DNA of 62,118 nucleotides from Microlunatus sp. (GTDB lineage: Bacteria; Actinomycetota; Actinomycetes; Propionibacteriales; Propionibacteriaceae): NCBI GenBank assembly GCA_036525335.1, contig DATDAP010000697.1:1-62118 (forward strand), read 5' to 3'. The notes below the pieces were generated by a model. That model worked only from the letters and a program-made list of their open reading frames with translations, had not been told where the DNA came from and did no database searches. The position numbers and the translations under genes were made by a program. Positions 48,377-60,835 of the stretch are shown in pieces (the first letter of the stretch is position 1; each line of letters starts with the position of its first letter).

Positions 48377-48709
48377 TCAGCTGAGCCGCTGACCGAGCCT
48401 GATGGAGAGTTGATCTCGTTCACTGTTCGTCTGGGTCTCGCTCACCGTCCAGACGGCTGCCGACACCAGGTGGCCGGTCGCGGTGCGGTAGGCCGGTACC
48501 GCCAACGCGAGCTCGCCCGTCTGTTGGCCGGTCAGCAGCTCGCCCTCGACATCGACGCCGTCACTGAAAGACAGCACCACTGCTGACGGCCTCGAGGGCA
48601 GAGAAAGCGCTGAGGCGACCCCTGTCAGCCGGGCACCCCGGAACAGATGACTGTGGTCCGCGAAGAACGTGGCCGGCGCAGGCAACTCTCCACCTCGATC
48701 CCCACTCAC
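48377..48709 (-). CDS. Hypothetical protein
   Basis: Clean ORF, beta-rich. Confidence 0.55.
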   Translation of the reverse strand: MSGDRGGELPAPATFFADHSHLFRGARLTGVASALSLPSRPSAVVLSFSDGVDVEGELLTGQQTGELALAVPAYRTATGHLVSAAVWTVSETQTNSERDQLSIRLGQRLS

Positions 48710-49060
48710 GCCGCCGACGGTAGCTGGTCGTGGCGCCGCCCCGGGCCTGGGCGCTGCGGACCTACCCAGGGATTCGGGCCGAGAAGCTCGATACCGTGTT
48801 CGGCGGCGATACCGAGCAAGGCCTCCATGGTCGGGTCACCGTCGGCGGGCAGCGCAGCGCGGCGCGGGTGAAGTTCTCCACCGCGCCCCCGGCGTGCACG
48901 ACGAAGGCGACCGCGTAGGTGTGGCCCTCGTTGCGGATGGTGTGCGGCGTCCCGCCGGCGAGCGGGACGACCTGTCCGGCCGTGGCGATCGACCGCCCAG
49001 AATTCCATCTCCATGTGCGGGTGGACCTGGGCGGTGTTGCCCGTCGGGTCGCAGATGTAG
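48706..49060 (-). pseudogene. Cupin-domain relic with multiple frameshifts
   Basis: VHPH/EFW; GQVVPLAGGTPHTIRNEG; IAAEHGIELLGP in different frames. Confidence 0.6.
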
Positions 49061-49123
49061 CGGTGCCCGGTGACCCGCCGGTGACCCGCCGGAGACCTGC
49101 GGGCAGGCTGTCGAAGGCACCGG

Positions 49124-50037
49124 GTGCTGGCCGTCAAGCAGCCCGACGACGGCCTGCCGTCCAGGCCCTGGCAGGCGCTGACTACCGTCGCCCCGCAGCT
49201 ACGGCGAGAAGCGCCACTACTACGACACCTCCCCGAACCGGGGTCTGATGGCCTTCGGAGTCGGCAACATCGCGTCCGGGCTCACCGGCGGTTTCACCGT
49301 CGGCTCCTCGACGTCTCGCACCGCGGCGGTGGCAGGCCGGTTCGCGAAACCACTGCCGTCGATCGTGACTTCGGTGGGCACGTTGCTGCTGGTCCTGTTC
49401 GGCACCGCGCTGCTGGAGCACATCCCCAACCCGGCGATCGGCGCCGTCGTCCCGCTGCTCGGCATCTCGGAGTTCCGCAGGCTGTGGCAGCAGGACCGCG
49501 GGGAGTCCGCCGTCGGCGCCGTCTGCTTCCTCGGAGCCCCGTTCCTCGGCCGGATCGCCGGTATCGCCGTCGCGTTCATCCTGTCCCTGGTCGTCCTGGC
49601 CAGCCGCGCCGCCAGCCCTCTCGTCGCGGTGCTCAGCCGCACCGGCATCGAGAGCGGCGCGCTCACCCCGGTCACCGAGGCGGAGCCGACGAACGCCCCG
49701 GCCTGGTCATCGTCCGCTTCGCGGCGCCGATCTTCTTTGCCAACAGCACCGAGCTCGGCGACCAAGCCCGGAAGGCCGTCCGCGGCGGCGACACCACCGA
49801 CACACCCGTGAGCATCTCGTGCCGGACCTCGAAACCGTCACCGACGTCGACGTCACCGGCGCGGAGAACCTGGAGACCCTGATCGAGTGGCTGCGCGATC
49901 GAGAAGTCTCCCTCGGCTACAGCCGGGCGAGACCGGAGATCCTCGCGCGACTCGAACACCTCGGGCTGCTCGAGGGTGCCACCGTCTACCCGACCAACCG
50001 CGCCGCCGTCCTGGCGTTGGCGGTCGCCGATGAATGA
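49124..50037 (+). pseudogene. SulP anion transporter relic with STAS domain
   Basis: GFTVGSSTSRT; VRFAAPIFFAN; DVDVTG...YPTNRAA across three frames. Confidence 0.8.
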
Positions 50038-50044
50038 GCTGCTG

Positions 50045-50201
50045 ATCCTGGGCTGGTCGACGTAGTCGATGCCAGGTCGGCCCCCGGAGGGTGTGACTCG
50101 TCGGGCAGCTCCACGCGCGCGGCTCGGCGGCCGCCGATCTCGGCCAGGCGGGCGGTGACGCCACGGGGGACGGCACCGCCGGTCAGGTCGTAGCTGATCA
50201 C
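50045..50201 (-). pseudogene. 5' relic of a conserved hypothetical gene
   Basis: GAAAGGA RBS; GRRAARVEL, then GRPGIDYVDQP in a shifted frame; truncated. Confidence 0.45.
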
Positions 50202-50274
50202 GGTGGTCCTTTCAGTTCTTGTCGTGGTGGAGCGGCTGGTCAGGGAGCCCGATTCGTCAGAGAGTCCCGAAACG

Positions 50275-51255
50275 TCAGGTCAGGACAACGGCCTTGCCGC
50301 CGACCGTGCCTGCTTCCATGTCCTCATGGGCCTGGATGATCTGGTCCAGGCGATACACCCGGCCGAGCGGAATGGTGGCTTCGCCGGCGGCGACGGCGTC
50401 GAGGAAGTCCTGCAGGACAGCAGGGGGCAGATCGGCTGCTTCGCCGGAGTACGCGGTGAGCCTGACCCCGTTGGGCAGCCAGTCCAGCGGGTAGAAGGCG
50501 GGGATCGTCCACTGATCCGACAACATGCCGGTGAAGCAGACCGTGCCGCCGGTACGAACCGTGGAGAGTGTGTCTCGCAGCGTGTTGACCCCGACCAGCT
50601 CGACGGCACCATCGACACCGTCTGGTGTGATGCTGCGGACCTGGTGGGCCACTGTGCCGTCGTCGATAACGACGTGGTCGACGCCGAGCTGTTCCAGCTG
50701 GGCACGGGCCTGGTGACGCCGGGTCGTCGCGTACACGGTGAGTCCGCGACGCTTGGCCAGCACAGTGAGTGCGAGCCCGATCGACGACGTGCCGCCGCGG
50801 ATCAGGAGCGTGTCACCGCGCTCGGCCCTGACTCCGACGGTCAGCGACCCGTACGCGGTCTGCAGCATCTCCGGCAGGGCGCCCAGCTCTTCCCATGGCA
50901 GGTCGCTGTGGAACGCGATCACCTGGCCTGCCGGCACCAGCACGTACTCGGCGTAGCCGCCGTCGAAGGCGCGACCCATGCCGCCCATCATGCTGGCCAC
51001 CTGCTGTCCCGGCGCGAACTCACCTCCTGGTGCTGCGGCAACCAGCCCGGTGGCCTCGATCCCCGGCACCCGCGGGAACGAGCCGCTGGAGGCCACCCCC
51101 TGGCGGAAGTGCAGCTCGGAGCGGTTCAGCCCGAATGCTTTCACCCGGATCAGCACCTGTCCCGGCGTCGGCTGCGGGACCGGTAGATCCCGTTCGTGCA
51201 GCACGTCCGGCGGACCTGGCTGATCGACCACCACGGCCCGCATCCGCTCGGTCAC
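50275..51255 (-). CDS. MDR/NADPH:quinone reductase family protein
   Basis: AFGLNRSE, GGYAEY, RGGTSSIG. Confidence 0.92.
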   Translation of the reverse strand: MTERMRAVVVDQPGPPDVLHERDLPVPQPTPGQVLIRVKAFGLNRSELHFRQGVASSGSFPRVPGIEATGLVAAAPGGEFAPGQQVASMMGGMGRAFDGGYAEYVLVPAGQVIAFHSDLPWEELGALPEMLQTAYGSLTVGVRAERGDTLLIRGGTSSIGLALTVLAKRRGLTVYATTRRHQARAQLEQLGVDHVVIDDGTVAHQVRSITPDGVDGAVELVGVNTLRDTLSTVRTGGTVCFTGMLSDQWTIPAFYPLDWLPNGVRLTAYSGEAADLPPAVLQDFLDAVAAGEATIPLGRVYRLDQIIQAHEDMEAGTVGGKAVVLT

Positions 51256-51677
51256 GCCATCACCCCCAGGGGAACGTTCAATTGCGCGTGAAGCTGTCTC
51301 AGGGCCGCCACCAGCGGTTGTACGTCCTGCCCGTCCACCGCTCGCTGCACCGCCGCCTGAGCGGTCCGGAAGGCCGCCACCAGCGCTCGCCGGCCGGGCG
51401 CCGTCAGTGCGACCAACGAGGACCGTCGGTTGGCTGGGTTCGTGCGCCGAACCGCCAGGTCGTCGCGCTCGAGCCGGTCGACCAGCTTGCTGGCCGCGCC
51501 CACCGTGATGCCGATGTCGGTGCTGAGGTCCTGCACGCGTGCCTGCCCGTCGTAGCGGTCGATGATTCGCAGCGCGTACAGCTGACCCAGGTTGACCAGC
51601 CCCTCGCGACTCAGCTCCTGATCGACGGCGCGCCACAGCGCCACCTCGTACCGCACCAGCACGTCGAAGAACTCCAC
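51252..51677 (-). CDS. MarR family regulator
   Basis: ASKLVDRLE...NRRSSLVALT. Confidence 0.9.
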   Translation of the reverse strand: MEFFDVLVRYEVALWRAVDQELSREGLVNLGQLYALRIIDRYDGQARVQDLSTDIGITVGAASKLVDRLERDDLAVRRTNPANRRSSLVALTAPGRRALVAAFRTAQAAVQRAVDGQDVQPLVAALRQLHAQLNVPLGVMA

Positions 51678-51697
51678 GATCCAGTGAACTCCATCAT

Positions 51698-51714
51698 GAG
51701 GAAGAATATTCCTC
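51698..51714. promoter_or_regulatory. Likely MarR operator
   Basis: GAGGAA-N5-TTCCTC in AT-rich promoter region. Confidence 0.5.
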
Positions 51715-51829
51715 GTAATGAACTTCGAGAGTAGCCTGCTGTTCCGGATTCACTGAGCGATGAAAGAGGATCTCACCCGCACAGGGTGTCGGCAGCGCGG
51801 CTGGCCGGCTCCGTTGACAGGGAAGCGCG

Positions 51830-53404
51830 TCAGTCTTGTGCGGTTGCCGATGCGGGGGCGCTGCCACCTTGCTGGTCGCGGACCGTCATCACGTCGATGA
51901 TCGTGGCGCAGTCGGCTGCCGAGGGCAGACCCCAGCCCGGAAGGTAGTCGTACACGTCGCGCAATGTGGTGGCCGCGGTCCGTCCATCGAGGATCTCCAC
52001 GGAGTCGGCGTCGATCAGACCGGGATGTTCGACGCCGCAGCTCTCGGCGACCTTCACCAGATCCCGGCGCAGCGTCTTGATGTAGTTGGCTGCGCGCACG
52101 GACTTCAGCTGCGGGTCGAGACCGTGAGCCAGCCAGGCGTTCTGGGTGGCGACTCCGGTGGGACAGGTGTCAGTGTGACACTTCTGGGCCTGGATGCAGC
52201 CAATGGCGAGCATCGCCTCCCGGGCCACGTTCACCATGTCGCAGCCGAGGGCGAAGGCGACGACGGCGTTGTCGGGCAGGCCGAGCTTGCCACCGCCGAT
52301 GAACGTCACCTGCTCGTGCAGTCCCTTACCGGCGAAGATGGTGTAGACCCGGCTGAAGCCAACCTGGAACGGGAGCGAGACAGAGTCGGTGAAGATGAGC
52401 GGAGCTGCTCCGGTGCCGCCCTCGCCGCCGTCGATGGTGACGAAGTCGATCCCCCGACCGGTGTCCACCATGAGCGTGGTCAGCTCGTGCCAGAACGCCA
52501 GGTCGCCGACGGCGGCTTTGATGCCCACGGGCAGGCCGGTCTCGGCAGCCAGCAGCTCCACCCAGTCGAGCAGGCTGTCGGTATCGGAGAACTCGGCATG
52601 ACGAGAGGGGCTGATGCAGTCCTGACCTTGGGGGACGCCGCGGGCCGCAGCGATCTCGGCCGACACTTTCGCAGCCGGTAGCACCCCTCCCAGTCCGGGC
52701 TTGGCTCCTTGGCTCAGTTTGATCTCCAAGGCGCGGACAGGCGCTGCGGCCACGAGATCTTTGAGTCGGGCCAGGCTGAAGCGGCCCTTTTCGTCTCGGC
52801 AGCCGAAGTAGGCCGTGCCGATCTGGAAGATGAGCTCGCCGCCTTGGCGGTGGTAGGTGGAGATGCCACCTTCGCCGGTGTTGTGCAGGCAGTCGGCGGC
52901 GGCGGCGCCCGCGTTCAGCGCGGAGACGGCGTTGCCGGAGAGCGATCCGAAGCTCATGGCGGAGATGTTGACCACGGACGGGGGCCGGAACGCCTGTCGC
53001 CGGCCGCGGGCGGCGCCGAGGACCTTCGCCGACGGCAGGGCGACCTCGTGGCCGGCTTGCGGTGACGAAGGTGGGATGGCCCGTCCGAAGGTTCGGTGGT
53101 GGATGATCGGGTAGCCGGCGGTGTACTCGATGTCGTTGTCAGTGCCGAAGCCGAAGTAGTTGTTCTCCTGCTTGGCTGAGGCGTAGACCCATCGCCGCTG
53201 GTCGCGGGTGAAGGGCCGCTCCTCGTTGTTGGCGGCAACCAGGTACTGCCGAAGCTCGGGTCCGATCGCTTCGAGCAGGTAGCGGGCGTGTCCCAGCACC
53301 GGAAAGTTGCGCAACAGGGCGTGTCGACGTTGCACGAGATCGCGCACCGCGACGGCGGCGACAGCAGCGGCGGCTGCTGATGGAACGGTCCTGGACCACT
53401 TCAT
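51830..53404 (-). CDS. FMN-binding glutamate synthase family protein
   Basis: SAMSFGSLS, NTGEGG, QGAKPG, DGGEGGTG, CIQAQKCHTDTCP. Confidence 0.92.
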   Translation of the reverse strand: MKWSRTVPSAAAAAVAAVAVRDLVQRRHALLRNFPVLGHARYLLEAIGPELRQYLVAANNEERPFTRDQRRWVYASAKQENNYFGFGTDNDIEYTAGYPIIHHRTFGRAIPPSSPQAGHEVALPSAKVLGAARGRRQAFRPPSVVNISAMSFGSLSGNAVSALNAGAAAADCLHNTGEGGISTYHRQGGELIFQIGTAYFGCRDEKGRFSLARLKDLVAAAPVRALEIKLSQGAKPGLGGVLPAAKVSAEIAAARGVPQGQDCISPSRHAEFSDTDSLLDWVELLAAETGLPVGIKAAVGDLAFWHELTTLMVDTGRGIDFVTIDGGEGGTGAAPLIFTDSVSLPFQVGFSRVYTIFAGKGLHEQVTFIGGGKLGLPDNAVVAFALGCDMVNVAREAMLAIGCIQAQKCHTDTCPTGVATQNAWLAHGLDPQLKSVRAANYIKTLRRDLVKVAESCGVEHPGLIDADSVEILDGRTAATTLRDVYDYLPGWGLPSAADCATIIDVMTVRDQQGGSAPASATAQD

Positions 53405-53479
53405 GGTGTTCTCCCTCGAACCAAGCCGGCGGAGCGTCGCTGGTGCCTCCAGGTGACTTGATACCACCAGGTGAGGCGC

Positions 53480-53830
53480 TCAAACCGTGCCGACTGAATC
53501 CACGGCGATCGCCGAGCCCTGGGAGAACCCGATGATGCCGAGTGAGCTGCAACCGGACTGTCGATCCAGCCAGCTCAGCACGTCGTTCACCGCTGCTTGG
53601 ATCTGAGCCACATCGAAGGTCCGGGGGTCCAGCGAGAACCAGCCGTACCCGGAGCGCAGGCGCACCGGGCCCCCGAGGGAGGCGAGGACGATCGACGGGG
53701 GTAGGCGGTGATGCAGGTCGAACCCGATGCTCTCGTCCATGCCGTGGCCGTGCAGCACCAGCAGCCAGGGCCGGCCCCGACGTTCTGCTTCCGGTGCGGA
53801 CCAACTCACCTGGTCATCTCCGATCACCAT
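53480..53830 (-). pseudogene. Truncated phospholipase/carboxylesterase
   Basis: LHGHG and GFSQG present, but stops before catalytic Asp/His. Confidence 0.7.
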
Positions 53831-54250
53831 CGATGGTCACACCTGTCCGGTCCGTGCGGCCAGGCACAACTCTCGGATCCCCTTGTCGGCTCGTCCCAAC
53901 CTGCGGATCGGGCGCAGCACGAGCTGCTGATGGAGGCCGGCCGTGTCGCCGTTGATCAGGTTCTCGTTGCGTGCTGCAGCTGATGAGGTCCGAGGATCTC
54001 GGTTCCGGGTGTTGAACGGTTGCAGGCGCTGCTCTCCAACCCTCGCCCGGACGGCCATCTCACGCCCTCCGCAGTGGACGACGATGGTTGATCGCAGCGG
54101 TGCTCGAGCACTGCGGCGTCCCGGGCGTACATACGGTCCTGGCGCCGGTGCCGCACCGCCTTCGGCGGCGCTGATCATGCGGTGCCGTGAGGGAGGTTGG
54201 TGGTGGTGCTCCCGACCAGCCAACAGGTCCCTCCCGTGATGATCGAGCGG

Positions 54251-54424
54251 TCAGCGCTCCGGTTCGTCGGACCCCACAACGGGATCGGGCACATCCTCGC
54301 CCGGCAGGGTCGGCTCTTCGGGAAGGTCGACGCCCTCGGGCGGGACCACGTCGGGGTGGCCGGGACCTTCTGGGTCGAAGGGATCCGGCTCGTTGGAGCC
54401 CGCTTGAAACGGCTGCTGGGTCAT
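54251..54424 (-). CDS. Small acidic Pro-rich protein (57 aa)
   Basis: GGAGAG RBS; MTQQPFQAG... Confidence 0.6.
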   Translation of the reverse strand: MTQQPFQAGSNEPDPFDPEGPGHPDVVPPEGVDLPEEPTLPGEDVPDPVVGSDEPER

Positions 54425-54644
54425 CGATCTCTCTCCGTTCTGCCGCAGTGATGCTGCGGCGTTGATGCCGGATGGCAATGTGCTACGTGCGTGCCGGGGC
54501 CCCTTCACATCTGTGGTGTTGGCGTCGAGATCGACGCTCGGTGGTTCTTGCTCACGTCGCAGACGTATCCCGCGTACGCCACTCGAAACCACGGCTCTCC
54601 AGCACGGAAGCCGGGCGTCGAACGGGCACTGGACCCGCCGGGGG

Positions 54645-55427
54645 TCAGGCGGTCGCCCGACCAGCCTCGATGTCGAGCAGTTCGCGGATCTTGTTGAGGA
54701 TCCGGCTGAGCAACCGTGACACCTGCATCTGACTGACACCGATCTGCTCGGCGATGTCGGCCTGCGAGCGGCTCTCCCAGTACCGCATCCGGAGCAGGTC
54801 CTGCTCGGAGGGCTCCAGCAACCGCCAGGCTTGAGCCACGAGGATCCGTGCTTCACAGCGGTCGTAGCCGCCGTCGGAGGTCGCGGTCGCGGCGGGCAGC
54901 ACCTCTGCTTCGATCGAGACGGCGCGGTAGCCCTGCGAGGCTCTCCTGGCTTCCCGGATGTCGGCCACCGACTGCCCGATGCCTGCGGCCAGGGCCGAGT
55001 CGTCGGGCCGGTGGCCGCACTCCTGGGCGATGTCGGACCACTGCCGCGTGATCTCGAGGGCGATCTGCTGGGTCCGGCGAGGAGGCCGGACCGTCCAGGC
55101 ATGATCACGGAAGTGCCGCTTCAGCACGCCGCTGATCGTGGAGGCGGCGAACGGCGCGAAGGCACCCTTGTCGGCGTCGTACCGTCGGGCGGCTTCGAGG
55201 AGCCCGCATCGAGCGACCTGCCGGAGATCGTCGAGCTCCTGACCGCGGTGCTGAAACCGGCGGGAGATCGAGTCGGCCAGCCACAGGTGCCTGACGGTCA
55301 AGTCGGCAACCTGGTCGGGAAAGGGGTCGTGCTGCCCCCCGTCCCCGTACCCGTTGGTCCTGCTCTCGGCGGGATCGTGGACGTGCTCGTCGGTCGTGGG
55401 CGGTGAGATCTCGGCAGAAACTGGCAT
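54645..55427 (-). CDS. SigB/SigF/SigG family RNA polymerase sigma factor
   Basis: DDLRQVA, KRHFRDHAW, SQADIAEQIGVSQMQVSRL. Confidence 0.92.
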   Translation of the reverse strand: MPVSAEISPPTTDEHVHDPAESRTNGYGDGGQHDPFPDQVADLTVRHLWLADSISRRFQHRGQELDDLRQVARCGLLEAARRYDADKGAFAPFAASTISGVLKRHFRDHAWTVRPPRRTQQIALEITRQWSDIAQECGHRPDDSALAAGIGQSVADIREARRASQGYRAVSIEAEVLPAATATSDGGYDRCEARILVAQAWRLLEPSEQDLLRMRYWESRSQADIAEQIGVSQMQVSRLLSRILNKIRELLDIEAGRATA

Positions 55428-55746
55428 GGCGCGCCTCCGTCACGGATCAGGAAGGTGTGGCGCGCTGTTCGACCCACCGGACACGGCTCCGAGAGATCAT
55501 GGACCCGCGCTTACAACGTAAACCTCGAAGCCGAGCCTGGCAAGCCCCACAGCGGAACTGGTCCTGGTGACGCGATCCTGAGGGTGGCGGGGGCGCAGCG
55601 GGAACAGCAGCTCACCGGATCGGTGTGCTGCCGCCCGGCGCTCGGCCGGCGGGCTGCCGAGGTACCTCGCTCAGTGCTGTGCGCGGAGGAACCGAGGCCT
55701 GCTGGGGGACGCCGCTGAGGACGAGCAGTGCTGACCGTGGTGCAGT

Positions 55747-55953
55747 CTACCGGGCAGCCTCGGGTCCGGCTTTGTCCGGCGTCCCGGTGTCGCCGCCTCT
55801 GTCGGCGCCGTCTCCGCGGCCGCCGTCCACCAGTGGTGTCCCCGCGCGCTGGATCACCGGTTGTTCGGGGGTGGCCTCGTCCACCGCCGGCTTCCGGACC
55901 TCAGGCTCGGCGTCCGGGTCGTCGGCGTGATGGTCGTTCGGTCGGTCGGTCAT
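55747..55953 (-). CDS. Small hydrophilic protein (68 aa)
   Basis: GAGG RBS; D/P/G-rich. Confidence 0.55.
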   Translation of the reverse strand: MTDRPNDHHADDPDAEPEVRKPAVDEATPEQPVIQRAGTPLVDGGRGDGADRGGDTGTPDKAGPEAAR

Positions 55954-56039
55954 CTCGAACCTCTTCCAGGTTGATGTGGCGACGACGACAGTGTGCCGCC
56001 CTCCGTCATGGCCTCGCCTCTCGGCGAGTGTCGAGATCA

Positions 56040-56834
56040 TCACGTCGCACGGCCGGGCAGCAGGGTCGGCAGGGCTCGTGGTCGTCGCCCGCGAACGCGG
56101 AACCACTGTGCGCAGATGATGATCATGAGGACGACGTCGACGAGGTCGCCGCCGTAGTACATGATCATCGCCCCGGTCTCCGCCTCCGGACCAGGCACGC
56201 CGGTCGGGGGGTGGGCGTACAGGAACTTGGCGAGGACGTCGTGACCGGCCAGCGCCAGAACCAGCACGACGCTGCGGTGGAGGTGTCCGCGTCGGTGGGG
56301 CAGCGGGTCGACGCTGATCATGATCACGGTGAACAGGTAACCGGCCAGGAACATGTGGACGTGCACGAGGAGGTGCACGGCCGGCATGCGCTGGGCGACC
56401 GCGTACAGCTCCGTGGTGTACAGCAGCCAGAGCCCGCCCACACTCAGGGTGGCCGCGACGGTCGGCTCGGTGAGGATCCGGAGTGGTGGGCTTCGCAGCA
56501 TCCGGCTCACGTGTCGTGCCCGGCCGACGGGCGCGGCCCGGAGCACCAGGGTGATCGGTGCACCCAGCACCAGCAGCAGCGGTGCGATCATGCCCAGCAG
56601 CAGGTGGGTCACGGCGTGGGCGACGAAGTCACCGTCGGCTGCGGCGGCGAGAGGACCACCGAGCGCCGCGGCGGCGGTAACGTTGCCGGCCAGCCACATC
56701 GCCGTCCGGCGGCGAGGCCACGGACGATCGGAGATGGCGACGACGGCGAGGTAGGCCAGGATCGCGCCGAACGGGAGCAGGGCACCGGCCCAGCTCGACC
56801 AGCCGGACCCGTGGGTTGCGTGCAGGTCAACCAC
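56040..56834 (-). CDS. Caa3_CtaG-like cytochrome c oxidase assembly protein
   Basis: HAVTHLLLGMIAPLLLVLGAP; MYYGGD. Confidence 0.88.
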   Translation of the reverse strand: MVDLHATHGSGWSSWAGALLPFGAILAYLAVVAISDRPWPRRRTAMWLAGNVTAAAALGGPLAAAADGDFVAHAVTHLLLGMIAPLLLVLGAPITLVLRAAPVGRARHVSRMLRSPPLRILTEPTVAATLSVGGLWLLYTTELYAVAQRMPAVHLLVHVHMFLAGYLFTVIMISVDPLPHRRGHLHRSVVLVLALAGHDVLAKFLYAHPPTGVPGPEAETGAMIMYYGGDLVDVVLMIIICAQWFRVRGRRPRALPTLLPGRAT

Positions 56835-57300
56835 GGCGGCGAGCCCGGGACCGCAGGAGCAGCGTCGACCCCACGATGATCAACAGGGTGGCCGCCACGT
56901 TCCAGGCGATGTCGTAGGGAGCGAGCTCGACACCGTAGCGGATCTGGTGCAGACCCAGCAGCTTGTGCTGCACCAGCCCGTCGTAGAGCTGGAACGTCCC
57001 GGCGCCGACGAGCAGTCCGCCGATCCACCGCGGTCGGCTGAGCGACTCCCGTCGCCGGAGCTCGGCGAACAGGAACAGACCGGCGACGACTGCGAAGAAC
57101 CCGAAGGCGTGGAACAGACCATCGGAGACCAGTCCCAGCTCGACCGTCGACCTGTCGTAGAAGTGGTGCCAGTGCAGCAGCTGGTGGAAGGCGGTCTCGT
57201 CGAGGAAGGCGATCAACCCCACACCGGACAGCACCCCTGAGAGCACACTACGACCGGGATCCGCGACGGCGGCCTGCTGGTCGGGGCTGGGCTTCTCCAC
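56827..57300 (-). CDS. DUF2243 membrane protein (alternative start 57312)
   Basis: DETAFHQLLHWHHFY, SDGLFH, HKLLGLHQIR. Confidence 0.88.
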   Translation of the reverse strand: MEKPSPDQQAAVADPGRSVLSGVLSGVGLIAFLDETAFHQLLHWHHFYDRSTVELGLVSDGLFHAFGFFAVVAGLFLFAELRRRESLSRPRWIGGLLVGAGTFQLYDGLVQHKLLGLHQIRYGVELAPYDIAWNVAATLLIIVGSTLLLRSRARRRG

Positions 57301-57310
57301 AACGGCCGCC

Positions 57311-57335
57311 ATACCCAGCGGGGCCGAGATCAAGC
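57311..57335 (-). promoter_or_regulatory. SigB/SigF-type promoter of DUF2243-ctaG
   Basis: GCTT-N15-GGGTAT. Confidence 0.5.
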
Positions 57336-57340
57336 AGCGG

Positions 57341-57470
57341 TCACCTCGCCATCTGCAACGCGGTCTCCGCCGCCGCGGCGACGGTCCACCCACGCTCCTT
57401 CAGCGCCTCGGCTATCCGTTGCGACAGGGCGTCGTCGGTCTCGGAGGATCCATCGAGCTCGTCGTCGGCA
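57341..57470 (-). pseudogene. CinA-family relic
   Basis: RIAEALKERGWTVAAAAE then diverges and stops. Confidence 0.55.
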
Positions 57471-57495
57471 CGCCCGATGTCATCATGCTCGATCT

Positions 57496-57521
57496 GTTTG
57501 ACCGGGCTCCACTCCGGGAAC
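57496..57521 (+). promoter_or_regulatory. SigB/SigF-type promoter of DUF3140
   Basis: GTTT-N16-GGGAAC. Confidence 0.6.
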
Positions 57522-57586
57522 CATCTCGACGCCATGGGGTCGGACCGCTCGGTCGCGACCGGCCGAGAACGAACGGAGCCAGGGAC

Positions 57587-57922
57587 GTGTCGACGGACGA
57601 GGACGACCAGCAGACGTACGAGGAGTTCTCCGAGGCGGTCAACATGACTCGCACGGAGCTGGAGAAGTGGCTTGACACCGAGGAGGCGAAAGAGGTCGGG
57701 CAGAAGAAGGACGGAGGCGAGTCGACCGGACACCGTTCGGGACGGCGGATCGTCGAGCTGCTGGCGACGAAGAAGGCCGAGCTGACCGACGACGACCACG
57801 CGCACATGCGCAAGGTCAGCGGGTACGTCAGCCGGCACCTGGCGCAGCGGCCGTCCGGCGACGTGACCGACACCGCCTGGCGCTACTCGCTGATGAACTG
57901 GGGTCACGACCCGAAGAAGTGA
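57587..57922 (+). CDS. DUF3140 domain protein
   Basis: AVNMT, GHRSGRRI, WRYSLMNWGHDP. Confidence 0.9.
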   Translation: MSTDEDDQQTYEEFSEAVNMTRTELEKWLDTEEAKEVGQKKDGGESTGHRSGRRIVELLATKKAELTDDDHAHMRKVSGYVSRHLAQRPSGDVTDTAWRYSLMNWGHDPKK

Positions 57923-57987
57923 GCCGGCTGTTGACGGGACGGTGGTCGAATCGCGTCCATGGGTGCGCGCTCGGCTCGAGAGAACCG

Positions 57988-58012
57988 GGTTCAGGTCTTC
58001 CTGCCGGGGTAT
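57988..58012 (+). promoter_or_regulatory. SigB/SigF-type promoter of katE
   Basis: GGTT-N15-GGGTAT. Confidence 0.6.
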
Positions 58013-58051
58013 GGCGACATCCGACCCCCCATGACGACGAGAGGACTGACC

Positions 58052-60268
<2,217 letters not shown>

Positions 60269-60356
60269 GCGGTGAGCCGGTGACGACGTGCCTGAGCAGG
60301 CCGGGGCATCGGCGTGTCACCGCCGTTGTCGGGAACTGATCGGGTACACCGATGAG

Positions 60357-60749
60357 GTGCGACGAGCTCGATGGGTGCTGCCCCTCGTCGCTTCCTCGTT
60401 GCTGCTGGGGTGCGCACCGGCCGAGGCCGGGCCGGCTCGGGTCGCAGCCGACGACTTCCAGGCCAGCGTGGCGGCTCGCGACTGGCCGAGCGCCTGCGAG
60501 CTGCTTTCCGAGGACGCCCGAACACAGCTCGAGTCGACGTCGGCCCGATCGTGTGTTCAGGCGCTGCCAGAGCTGGAGCTGCCGAGGGGGACTGCCGCGG
60601 ACATCCAGGTGTGGGGTCACAACGCCACCGCCAGAGTCACCGGGCGCGCGCTCTTCCTGGCCCGGTTCGCCGACGGCTGGCGCGTCGTCGCGGCGGGCTG
60701 CGAGTCGCGAGGTGACGATCGGCCCTACGCCTGTTCAGTGAGGGGCTAG
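60357..60749 (+). CDS. Lipoprotein with paired cysteines
   Basis: Lipobox LLGC; ACELL...C; WRVVAAGC...PYAC. Confidence 0.8.
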   Translation: MRRARWVLPLVASSLLLGCAPAEAGPARVAADDFQASVAARDWPSACELLSEDARTQLESTSARSCVQALPELELPRGTAADIQVWGHNATARVTGRALFLARFADGWRVVAAGCESRGDDRPYACSVRG

Positions 60750-60751
60750 AC

Positions 60752-60835
60752 ATGCGGGTCCTGTTCTTCGCCGTGCTCGGGTTCATCGTGACCGGGTTGA
60801 CCTACATCATCGTGATAGGGCTGCTGCAACGATGA
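60752..60835 (+). CDS. 27-aa single-TM microprotein (absent from ORF track)
   Basis: MRVLFFAVLGFIVTGLTYIIVIGLLQR; GAGGGG RBS; ATGA overlap with next gene. Confidence 0.75.
   Translation: MRVLFFAVLGFIVTGLTYIIVIGLLQR

Noticed and set aside
53980-54003. CTGATGA followed by a short stem, resembling a hammerhead ribozyme core
   Set aside because: No GAAA after stem II and no stems I/III found
54440-54485. Possible ANTAR dual-hairpin target
   Set aside because: The A1/G4 hexaloop appears only on the non-coding strand with a 2-bp stem
55501-55523. GTTT-N13-GGGTCC upstream of the sigma gene (autoregulation)
   Set aside because: Spacer too short and -10 degenerate; unsupported without TSS data
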